Shown: positions 9,382 through 17,678 of the stretch, piece by piece
Layout of the letters: every line of letters starts with the position of its first letter
Position numbering within the stretch: position 1 is the stretch's first letter
Assembly (NCBI GenBank): GCA_017991895.1
Contig: JAGOPR010000003.1
Location: forward strand, 1-55,888
Source of the DNA: Minisyncoccota bacterium
GTDB taxonomy: Bacteria; Patescibacteriota; Minisyncoccia; Phycocordibacterales; UBA9973
DNA length: 55,888 nucleotides
Direction of reading: 5' to 3'
Position numbers and translations under genes: made by a program
Notes under the pieces: model-generated
Database searches by the model: none
Told to the model about the DNA's origin: nothing
Seen by the model: the letters and a program-made list of their open reading frames with translations, nothing else

Positions 9382-10161
9382 ATGATAAACATGCCACAGA
9401 AAATAGTCGTATTTACAGATGGGTCGTCTCGAGGTAATCCTGGTCCTGGTGGATGGGGAGCCATCATTGTTTATCCGGTAAATAATGACGCAAACACCAA
9501 GGTTTTTGAACTCGGTGGGCGAGAAGAGAATACAACCAACAATCGCATGGAGATGATGGCTGCGCGGGAGGCTCTTTCATTTATTGAATCTCGTAAGCTT
9601 GAAGGGGGAATTGAAATTCATACAGACTCAGCGTATCTACTTCAAGGCATTACTGGTTGGATGTATGGTTGGGAAAAAAATGGTTGGAAAACAAAAGACG
9701 GCGGAGATGTACTAAATCAAGATATTTGGCGTGAACTCGGAGCACTTGTTTTTCGTTTAAAACAAAAACATGAAATTGAATGGATAAAAGTAAGTGGACA
9801 TAGTGGTCTACGAGGTAATGAACGAGTAGACGAAATATGTACAAACGCCGCAGATAAAACCCAACAGATTCTTTTTGTTGGCTCTCTTACGGATTATGAG
9901 CAGCTTATTGGCGGAACTGTTTTTGATGTGGATCCTGATACAGAAAAGCTAAAGGTAAAGACTCGAAAGTCGAGCTCAAAACTCGCGTATTCGTATGTTT
10001 CGATGATCGGAGGGCTTGTTGAAATACACAAGACTTGGCCAGAGTGTGAAAAACGAGTAAAAGGAAAACGTGGGGCGAAATATCAAAAGGTATTTTCGAG
10101 AGAGGAGGAGTCCTCACTAACTGAAGAATGGACAACAAGCATGCTCAAGCAAAATCATTAG
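9382..10161 (+). CDS. rnhA: Ribonuclease HI with a C-terminal RNase H1/viroplasmin-type hybrid-binding-like domain
   Basis: DGSSRGNPGPGGWG, NNRMEMMA, HTDSAY and GHSGLRGNERVDE motifs. The C-terminus reads YSYVSMIGGLVEIHKTWPECEKRVKGKRGAKYQKVFSREE. Confidence 0.85.
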   Translation: MINMPQKIVVFTDGSSRGNPGPGGWGAIIVYPVNNDANTKVFELGGREENTTNNRMEMMAAREALSFIESRKLEGGIEIHTDSAYLLQGITGWMYGWEKNGWKTKDGGDVLNQDIWRELGALVFRLKQKHEIEWIKVSGHSGLRGNERVDEICTNAADKTQQILFVGSLTDYEQLIGGTVFDVDPDTEKLKVKTRKSSSKLAYSYVSMIGGLVEIHKTWPECEKRVKGKRGAKYQKVFSREEESSLTEEWTTSMLKQNH

Positions 10162-11642
10162 ATTATATTTTGTTCACAGGTGTTCTCGGCATTTGTGCTG
10201 GAATTATTTTTGCATCTTTTGTAGGGATAACCCCGCCAATCCTTTTAGGAATTGGCGGGGTCGCTATTTTGATTTTTGCATTTTGTTTTTTCCTAATACC
10301 TAACACCAACCAGAAAAAAACACTTTTGGTTCCAATTTTCCTCTTTGCTTCGCTTGTCGGTATTGTTCGGATGGAGTTTTCGAAACCGGCTACGTCAGGG
10401 CTATTAGATCAAGTTGGAGAAAAAATAATACTTCGCGGAGTTATCGATGCCCCAGAGACACGAACAAGTGGGATTCAATTTTCCCTTGATATAGGTGAAG
10501 AGAAAGTTCTTGTTAGTACAAAAAAGTATACCTCACTTTTGTATGGAGATGAGGTTGAAGTCACAGGTAAGCTTATGAAGCCTGAGAACTTCATGACTGA
10601 TCAGGGCACAGAATTCGATTACATTTCTTATCTTTACAAGGATGACATTCTCTATCGGATGTCATATGCAAACGTAACTGTACTCTCGCATGGTCATGGT
10701 AATCGTATTGTTGCGACCCTGCTCCCTGTTCGGGATTGGTTCCTTCAAGGTTTTAATAGAGTTTTACCAGTTCGTCACGCTGATCTTCTTGGTGGAATTG
10801 TGCTCGGGGTAAAGCAAAATATTTCTCAGGAATTTCGTAATGATTTAGTAACAACTGGTACGATTCATATCATTGCTCTTTCTGGGTACAACGTCACAAT
10901 CATTGCAAACGCACTGAGGGGCTTCTTTGTAGATATTCTTGGACTTTCGATTCGCCTTGCTGGAATGGCTGGTGCTTTTTGTATTGTAATTTTTGTTGTC
11001 ATGACGGGATTACAATCGTCGGCTGTACGCGCGGGCATCATGGGGCTTATTGGATTGTTTGCACGTACGAAAGGCAGGACATACGATGCGTTTCGCGCAC
11101 TCGTATTTGCTGGAATTTTGATGATTCTCTGGAATCCAAAATATTTAGTGTACGATGTTTCTTTTCAGCTTTCATTTCTAGCCACGCTCGGAATTATTTT
11201 TGTCACGCCTATTCTTGAGCGAAAGTTTTCTCGTATTCCCAAAAAAGTTATTTGGTTTATCCCACTTCGTGAACTAATGTCGGTCACGCTCGGAGCGCAG
11301 ATCGGTGTGTATCCGTTTATTTTGTATAAAATGGGAACACTTTCAATAATTTCTCTTCCGGCAAATATTCTCATTCTCCCTGCCGTGCCATTTGCTATGG
11401 GTTTTGGCACACTAGCTGGAGTTTTGGGATCTGTATCTATCGCTCTCGCACATCCGTTTATTTTGATAACCAATGGATTACTTTCTTACACAATAGAGAT
11501 CGTGAAATTTTTTGCGAAAGTGCCATTTGCATCGGTCGTGTTTAAACAGTTCCCGATTTTTCTTTGTGTACTTCTATATATTGTAATCGGGTATTTTGTT
11601 TGGAGGTCAAGAAAAAGCATTATAAAAAACACCCAAGCATAG
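10128..11642 (+). CDS. comEC: ComEC/Rec2-family DNA uptake channel, short form without a metallo-beta-lactamase domain
   Basis: Multi-TM protein. The N-terminal OB-like region (ILRGVIDAPE...VEVTGKLMKPE) is followed by the competence domain (TGTIHIIALSGYNV). At 504 aa it ends before any HxHxDH region. Confidence 0.8.
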   Translation: MDNKHAQAKSLDYILFTGVLGICAGIIFASFVGITPPILLGIGGVAILIFAFCFFLIPNTNQKKTLLVPIFLFASLVGIVRMEFSKPATSGLLDQVGEKIILRGVIDAPETRTSGIQFSLDIGEEKVLVSTKKYTSLLYGDEVEVTGKLMKPENFMTDQGTEFDYISYLYKDDILYRMSYANVTVLSHGHGNRIVATLLPVRDWFLQGFNRVLPVRHADLLGGIVLGVKQNISQEFRNDLVTTGTIHIIALSGYNVTIIANALRGFFVDILGLSIRLAGMAGAFCIVIFVVMTGLQSSAVRAGIMGLIGLFARTKGRTYDAFRALVFAGILMILWNPKYLVYDVSFQLSFLATLGIIFVTPILERKFSRIPKKVIWFIPLRELMSVTLGAQIGVYPFILYKMGTLSIISLPANILILPAVPFAMGFGTLAGVLGSVSIALAHPFILITNGLLSYTIEIVKFFAKVPFASVVFKQFPIFLCVLLYIVIGYFVWRSRKSIIKNTQA

Positions 11643-11652
11643 GGTGTTTTTT
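11624..11652. terminator. Bidirectional intrinsic terminator (comEC / SOD)
   Basis: AAAAAACACCC-AAGCATA-GGGTGTTTTTT. Confidence 0.7.
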
Positions 11653-11657
11653 AGAGT

Positions 11658-12242
11658 CTACATAAAATTTTCTTCCACTTTTATCCAATTCAGATTTTCA
11701 AAGAAGTCTTCAACGTATTGTTTTTTGCCCGAAGGTTGATAGTCGGCAACATAACTATGTTCCCACATATCAAGTGCAAGAATCGGCTTGAGTCCTTGTA
11801 AGTGCCCCAGATGTTGTTCGTCTACCCATTGCATAAGAAGGTGTCCGCTTGCTTTGTCTTGGTAGAGCATTGCCCAGCCGATTCCACGAGTCATTGCCAC
11901 AGCTTTCATTCGCGCAAGAAACACTTCGAAGGAACCCCATTCTTTTTGAATGGCGAGGGCTAAGGCACTTTCTGCCCCAATACCTCGTGCTCCTCCTTCA
12001 AATGATGCGAAGTAGATTTCATGATTACGCATGCCATCATATTCAAATGCGAAACGGCGTTGGAGCTCGCCGAGTTCATATGCCCACTTTTCTGAATCCT
12101 TGGAAAGTTCAGTGATTTGGTTCTGTATGTAATTCGCAAATTTTACATAGCCTGCGTAGAGCTTCAAGTGTTCTTCGATATTTTTTGCAGATATGCCTTT
12201 GAGTTCAGGGATGTTAAATGTTTTTTGTTCGAAATAAGTCAT
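11658..12242 (-). CDS. Fe/Mn superoxide dismutase
   Basis: HLKLYAGY and LALDMWEHSYVADY motifs. The start at 12242 (MTYFEQK) has TATAAT 6 nt upstream. The track's N-terminal extension reads through an inverted repeat. Confidence 0.9.
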   Translation of the reverse strand: MTYFEQKTFNIPELKGISAKNIEEHLKLYAGYVKFANYIQNQITELSKDSEKWAYELGELQRRFAFEYDGMRNHEIYFASFEGGARGIGAESALALAIQKEWGSFEVFLARMKAVAMTRGIGWAMLYQDKASGHLLMQWVDEQHLGHLQGLKPILALDMWEHSYVADYQPSGKKQYVEDFFENLNWIKVEENFM

Positions 12243-12274
12243 ATCACTATTATACGCCCATACGCCGTATACGC

Positions 12275-12352
12275 TATACCCGCACACCAACTTGCTTGAT
12301 GCGCCTAAGGCGCGGAGCAAAGCTCTTTCAAGCAAGTTGGTGTGCGGGTATA
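12275..12352. repeat. Perfect 25-bp inverted repeat with a 28-nt spacer, between the divergent SOD and PLD genes
   Basis: TATACCCGCACACCAACTTGCTTGA (12275-12299) and its exact reverse complement (12328-12352). The spacer holds the mini-hairpin GCGCC-TAA-GGCGC. Confidence 0.95.
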
Positions 12353-12360
12353 ATTCCTCT

Positions 12361-13422
12361 ATGAAAAAACGTGAGCGAATATTGCTTACTAGCTTTCTGC
12401 TCCTAGCATTTTGGGGATTTTCTGGTGCTTATCTTTCTCTTGGATCACAAGCCAAGGATATTTCGAATGAGCACCCAGTAATTGCAGAACTGGTTAGACC
12501 TCCTTCCGATACACCAGTTTCTTACAATCAAGCATTATCACTTTTGACGATGCCAGATGACACAACGGCCTCGATTATTTCTCTTATACAAAATGCAAAG
12601 AAATCGGTTGACCTCACAATTTACACATTAAGTGACAAGAAAATTCAGTCGGCACTCGTTTCAGCAAAAAATCGCGGTGTGGCTGTACGCGTACTGCTAA
12701 ATGCTGGTTGGGAGGGTGTACCCACAAAGAAAAATCAAACAACATTTGATTCACTTTCTAAACAAGGAGTTTCAGTTAAATGGTCACCTGACTATTTTGC
12801 ACTCATGCATCAAAAAACACTTATAGTTGATGGAACTAAGGCGCTTATTATGACGTTTAATTTGGACAGAGCGTACTATAAAACAGGTAGAGATTTTGGA
12901 ATACTTAATTCTGACCCTACGGATATTTCGGCAATTATTGCGAGTTTCAATTCTGACTGGAACGGTGATAACAAAGTTGCAAGTGACGGTAAGGATTTAG
13001 TTTGGAGTCCAGATTCGAGACTTATTCTCGTTTCGCTTATTGAGAGTGCTAAAAACTCGCTAGATATTTATTCCTTGGAGATGGATGAAGATATTATAGA
13101 AGATGCGTTGTCTGATGCTTCCCGAAGAGGAGTAGAGGTGAAAGTTCTAATGAGTATGCAAACATCATGGCTTACTGCTTTTCGTGCGCTTACTGCTTCG
13201 GGTGTAGAGATTCGTACATTCCCTGAAAAAGCACCGCTTTTTATTCACGCAAAAGTAATAATAGCTGATGAAAGTAGGGCTTTTGTGGGTTCAGAGAACT
13301 TTTCCGCCAATTCTTTGGATAATAATCGCGAACTGGGGATAATTTTTACCAAAGCGGATATCATTTCCTCCATTATGAAAACATTCAAATCCGATTGGGC
13401 TAGTGCGACAGTATTTCGTTAG
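12361..13422 (+). CDS. Phospholipase D / cardiolipin-synthase-like protein with an N-terminal membrane anchor
   Basis: Two HKD motifs, HQKTLIVDG and HAKVIIADE...GSENFS. The start MKKRERILLTSFLLLAFW is at 12361, with TATAAT at 12349-12354. Confidence 0.85.
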   Translation: MKKRERILLTSFLLLAFWGFSGAYLSLGSQAKDISNEHPVIAELVRPPSDTPVSYNQALSLLTMPDDTTASIISLIQNAKKSVDLTIYTLSDKKIQSALVSAKNRGVAVRVLLNAGWEGVPTKKNQTTFDSLSKQGVSVKWSPDYFALMHQKTLIVDGTKALIMTFNLDRAYYKTGRDFGILNSDPTDISAIIASFNSDWNGDNKVASDGKDLVWSPDSRLILVSLIESAKNSLDIYSLEMDEDIIEDALSDASRRGVEVKVLMSMQTSWLTAFRALTASGVEIRTFPEKAPLFIHAKVIIADESRAFVGSENFSANSLDNNRELGIIFTKADIISSIMKTFKSDWASATVFR

Positions 13423-13505
13423 ATCTATCCTTTGTGGCCTCTATCGTAAGAGGTATACTATTAGAGGTATACAAAGGATTACTATTTTAGTAGCTAAATA
13501 TTTAT

Positions 13506-16500
13506 ATGAAAAAAATTGGGTTCATTTTATCACTTGTTGTTTTGTTTTCGTTTGGAGCAAATACTGCAAAGGCAGTTACACTTGCTGATCTTGAAAAAAC
13601 AGTAGTAAATCTTCAAAATCAGGTTTCGTCGTTGCAGTCACAGTTGGCGACGGCACTTTATTCACTAAATAGCTCTACACTTTCATCGGGCACTTCGGCC
13701 ACAAGTTCGGCGAGCTCGAGTACAACCTCATCTGGTACGAGCTCACCGACCTCATCAACATCTACAGTTACAACATCTCCTACAACTACAAGCACAACGG
13801 TACCGACCTCATCAACTTCTGAGGTTTCTACACAAAGAACAGATACAAGTAGCTCGACTTATGTTTCCAGAGATACGACAAGTGCTAGCTCTCAAACTAC
13901 ATCTGTAAATTCTCCAATTGCAAGAACCACGACAGATTCAACTCGAGTAAATTCTTCAACAAGTTTGAATACTGGAAATACTATAGCCACTGCAAAACTT
14001 GGAGACAGAGGGGCAAATGTTCTTGCAATACAAAAAATACTTAAAGACAGGGGATACTTAAAGGCAACACCAAACGGAACATTTGGACCCTCGACTCAAA
14101 AAGCGGTACGTGCATTTCAATCAGCAAATAAAATTTATGCAGGCGGTGGCGTTGGACCTGCGACGCTTCGTGTACTTGCTGACGTATCAACTGACCGCGT
14201 TGATGTGATGACTACCGATGTATCGTCTGCTTCTCTTCTTGTTACTCGAAACATGGCATATCCAGATCAGACAGTATCGACAGGAACAATTCACCATAAA
14301 ATCGGGTCTTACTATGTAAAAAACCAAAGTGCAGTTGAATCAGCGAAAGTAACAGGATTACTTTTTGGATTTACTACCGGTGGGACGGCGTCTGTTAGTC
14401 AGCTCACAAACATAAAAGCATATAATTCTAGTGGAGTTCAGATAGGGGCAACGATTCCAACTATCGGTTCTACTGCTACAGTCTCGATTAGTTCTTCCTT
14501 TACACTCTCACCACTCGCATCAACTGTGGTTGATGTCTACGCTGATATTGGCACAGCTCCAACAGGAAGTGGATGGCGTTCAAACCTACTTGCAAGTGGG
14601 GTAGGGCTCACTTCAGGAGCAATGTATCATTCAGGTTCTTCAGTTTCTGTTCAATCAGTTACGATTGGAACTAGCACTGCATGTACAGGAACATGGGCTA
14701 AAGTTGTATCTCCAAATGGTGGAGAAGTATATACAGTTGGCGCTACGATGCATATAACATGGAATACTTGCGGACATGCAACATCGGCTCCAGTCCAGAT
14801 CGGAATTCGCGATTCGCGATATAGTTTGGCTCTTGCTTCGGGTGAAGAAACAATTATTAGTACGACAAATACTGGCTCGTATAATTGGGCTATCCCTGCG
14901 ACGTTAGGGATGCTTTCAGGAGGTACTGTAGGCGGAACGTCAGTCTATACAATTGTAATTTATGTAAGTGGAGGAGGTCCTACAACTCATTTTGATGAAA
15001 GTGATGCAAGGTTTACGATTAACGGAACATCGACTTCGACAGGACTTGTTGTAACAAAAAATACAGCATACGCGAATCAGACATTTCCTGCAGGTTCAAT
15101 AGACAAAAAAATCGCTTCCTTCTTTGTTCAAAACTTTTCTTCTGAATCAATAATGCTTACTGGGCTTCAGGCAGGGATGGCTTCAACGACAATTCCGACA
15201 ACTGGTTTTTCAAATTTCAAAGCATATGATGGAGTCGGAGGACAGATTGGGGTGACATCATCATCGTTTGGAAGCACAACATTTTTACCAGGAAGCAGTT
15301 TGATTATTCCTGCAGGAGCTGCGTTTACGATTGAGCTTAAGGTAGATATTGGTAGCACTGTTTCCACAGGCAGTTTCATACAGAGGTTAAGAGCAACTGG
15401 AACAGGTGTATCAACCTCCACTACATATAATTCAGGGGTACCAACCGATGGACAAACTATTACGATAGGAACATCTAGTTGTACGATAAATTCATTCACC
15501 GCAAGTCCTACTACAGTGGCATCAGGAGGTAGCTCAACTCTTTCGTGGAATACAACTGGTTGCTGGGCAATCGAAATTACTGCTGGAGTAGTTGGTACGA
15601 CAACCAGTGTGGGATTGAGTGGGTCACAAGTTCGCGGACCAATTACAAGTACAACGACATATACTCTAACAGCAGGAAGTTCAACCGGCGGAACTGCGAC
15701 TGCGACTACAACGGTTACCGTTACGCCTACTACAACTGGTTGGATACAGAGGACATCAGCTGGAAGCGATAATTGGCGTAGTCTTGCTTCCTCTTCAGAT
15801 CGATCAAGGATAGCGGCTATCCCCGCATTAACAGGAGGAGCGAATATATATATCTCTACAGACGGTGGTATTTCATGGACACCCCGTACTGTACCCGGGG
15901 CGCACCAGTTGTGGTCTTTAGCGATGTCGTCTGATGGAATGAGATTGATTGCAGGAGATAATAATGGATACATTTATACCTCTACTGATGGAGGTGTTGT
16001 GTGGGTTACAAGAACTTCTCCCGGGATGCATCAATGGTGGGGGGTTGCCTCGTCTTCTGATGGGATGAAACTTGCTGCTGGAGATGCCTATTATGGTTAC
16101 ATTTATACTTCCATAAACGGAGGAGCTACTTGGACGCAACGAATGTCGACAGGTGGTCATACATGGTCAATGATTAGATCGTCGTATGATGGCAATAGGC
16201 TTGTTGCAATTGATGCATATTCAACTAGTACGACGGGTACTACCGGGGGTTACTTATATACTTCTAACGACGGCGGAGCAACTTGGACTAAACAATTAAG
16301 TTTTGGGCCAGCTAGAAATTGGACATCGATTTCTCTATCTTCAGATGGCATGCGGGTTTTAGCACTTGATCAGACGACGAATGCATATATATCAACAGAT
16401 GGAGGCGTGACCTTCACTTCACATCCTATCCCGATTGGGTCAGGAGTCAGCGGAACGTCTTCCGCTGACGGGATGACATTAGCTGTTGGAAATAATGCTA

Positions 16501-16646
16501 TTAGTATATCTACCGATGGGGGAATAACATGGTCATTAGAATCTATACCCGGAGTACATTCATGGTTATCAATATCTAGTTCTGCCGACGGAACAAAATT
16601 TATTGCAGGTGATGTCGGTCCTGGTTATATGTGGACGAAAAATTAA
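13506..16646 (+). CDS. Large secreted multidomain protein: signal peptide, Ser/Thr-rich linker, peptidoglycan-binding domain, two ~150-aa repeats, Ig-like segments, C-terminal BNR/Asp-box propeller
   Basis: MKKIGFILSLVVLFSFGANTAKA signal. LGDRGANVLAIQKILKDRGYL...GPSTQKAVRAFQ resembles PG_binding_1. There are 6 SxDGGxTW-type boxes (STDGGISWT, SNDGGATWT and others). Confidence 0.75.
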   Translation: MKKIGFILSLVVLFSFGANTAKAVTLADLEKTVVNLQNQVSSLQSQLATALYSLNSSTLSSGTSATSSASSSTTSSGTSSPTSSTSTVTTSPTTTSTTVPTSSTSEVSTQRTDTSSSTYVSRDTTSASSQTTSVNSPIARTTTDSTRVNSSTSLNTGNTIATAKLGDRGANVLAIQKILKDRGYLKATPNGTFGPSTQKAVRAFQSANKIYAGGGVGPATLRVLADVSTDRVDVMTTDVSSASLLVTRNMAYPDQTVSTGTIHHKIGSYYVKNQSAVESAKVTGLLFGFTTGGTASVSQLTNIKAYNSSGVQIGATIPTIGSTATVSISSSFTLSPLASTVVDVYADIGTAPTGSGWRSNLLASGVGLTSGAMYHSGSSVSVQSVTIGTSTACTGTWAKVVSPNGGEVYTVGATMHITWNTCGHATSAPVQIGIRDSRYSLALASGEETIISTTNTGSYNWAIPATLGMLSGGTVGGTSVYTIVIYVSGGGPTTHFDESDARFTINGTSTSTGLVVTKNTAYANQTFPAGSIDKKIASFFVQNFSSESIMLTGLQAGMASTTIPTTGFSNFKAYDGVGGQIGVTSSSFGSTTFLPGSSLIIPAGAAFTIELKVDIGSTVSTGSFIQRLRATGTGVSTSTTYNSGVPTDGQTITIGTSSCTINSFTASPTTVASGGSSTLSWNTTGCWAIEITAGVVGTTTSVGLSGSQVRGPITSTTTYTLTAGSSTGGTATATTTVTVTPTTTGWIQRTSAGSDNWRSLASSSDRSRIAAIPALTGGANIYISTDGGISWTPRTVPGAHQLWSLAMSSDGMRLIAGDNNGYIYTSTDGGVVWVTRTSPGMHQWWGVASSSDGMKLAAGDAYYGYIYTSINGGATWTQRMSTGGHTWSMIRSSYDGNRLVAIDAYSTSTTGTTGGYLYTSNDGGATWTKQLSFGPARNWTSISLSSDGMRVLALDQTTNAYISTDGGVTFTSHPIPIGSGVSGTSSADGMTLAVGNNAISISTDGGITWSLESIPGVHSWLSISSSADGTKFIAGDVGPGYMWTKN

Positions 16647-16660
16647 TTAAATTACTAAAC

Positions 16661-16690
16661 AAAAAAAACCGCCATTGGGCGGTTTTTTTT
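16661..16690. terminator. Bidirectional intrinsic terminator
   Basis: AAAAAAAACCGCC-ATTG-GGCGGTTTTTTTT, between convergent genes. Confidence 0.8.
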
Positions 16691-16706
16691 GTTACAGAGT
16701 TTAAGA

Positions 16707-16958
16707 TTATTTAACTTTTATAATTCCTGCTTTTTTGAGTGCTGCGTATGCACCGAGTTTGTTTATTGTGCGAAGGCCGCGAGCTGAAATATCTAGTACG
16801 AATGTCTTTTTGAGTTCTGGTACCAAAATACGGCGTTTCTGGATGTTTGGGTACTTTCGAACCATTCCTGTTGGGTTGAATTTGGTAGCACGAGTACGGT
16901 TGGAGTATCCTCCAGCCATCTTTGAACCACATTTAGTTATTGCGCATACTTTTGCCAT
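16707..16958 (-). CDS. rpmB: 50S ribosomal protein L28
   Basis: MAKVCAITKCGSKMAGGYSNRTRATKFNP... Confidence 0.9.
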   Translation of the reverse strand: MAKVCAITKCGSKMAGGYSNRTRATKFNPTGMVRKYPNIQKRRILVPELKKTFVLDISARGLRTINKLGAYAALKKAGIIKVK

Positions 16959-17047
16959 ATATTTGTATCTAAGAATTACAGCCGAGAGGCTATAAAGCTA
17001 AGCAGAGCCATGCTATCATATACAAAGGCGAAGCGCAATATTTCTCT

Positions 17048-17674
17048 ATGTCAGGAATCAATAACATTTTTTATGTCATCGTTTTAATAATGTCAGTAGT
17101 CGTGCATGAGGTTGCTCATGGTTTTGCTGCTGATGCGCTAGGGGATAAGACTGCAAGATATGCTCGTAGACTTTCACTAAACCCAATTCGCCATATCGAT
17201 ATTGTTGGTTCCATTATTTTACCGTTACTTCTTATTGTTACGAATGCAGGTTTTGTTATTGGCTGGGCGAAGCCCGTACCGTATAATGAACTTAATCTTC
17301 GAAACAAAAAATATGGAACGCTTTTAGTTGCAGGTGCAGGAATTTTAGCAAACATTTGTCTTGCTGTATTTTTTGGAATCGCGATTCGTTTTTCACATTT
17401 GTTGGGTAGTGCGCAAGAATCATTTGTTGGGATTGCGACTGCAATAGTTTTGGTAAACATGCTTCTCGCTCTTTTTAATCTTATACCTATACCACCACTC
17501 GATGGATCAAAGATTCTTTTCTCATTACTTCGAGGAAGAGCTGTCGCTTTTCAAACAGTGGTAGAATATTTATCTCTCCCTCTTCTGATAGTTTTTATAT
17601 TTTTCCTTTGGCCAATGTTCCAGCCCGCAATCGTTTATATATTTTTCTTGCTAACAGGACTACCTATGTATTAA
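17048..17674 (+). CDS. M50-family (site-2-protease-like) intramembrane metalloprotease, short form
   Basis: HEVAHG zinc motif in TM1, NLIPIPPLDGSK motif, and multiple TM segments. Confidence 0.8.
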   Translation: MSGINNIFYVIVLIMSVVVHEVAHGFAADALGDKTARYARRLSLNPIRHIDIVGSIILPLLLIVTNAGFVIGWAKPVPYNELNLRNKKYGTLLVAGAGILANICLAVFFGIAIRFSHLLGSAQESFVGIATAIVLVNMLLALFNLIPIPPLDGSKILFSLLRGRAVAFQTVVEYLSLPLLIVFIFFLWPMFQPAIVYIFFLLTGLPMY

Positions 17675-17678
17675 AAGT

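Noticed and set aside
12243-12360. N-terminal extensions of the SOD ORF (to 12335) and the PLD ORF (from 12292).
   Set aside because: Both extensions translate the two arms of the 25-bp inverted repeat, giving the mirror peptide SKLVCGY. Conserved protein starts (MTYFEQK and MKKRERILL) with a -10 box 6 nt upstream fit better.
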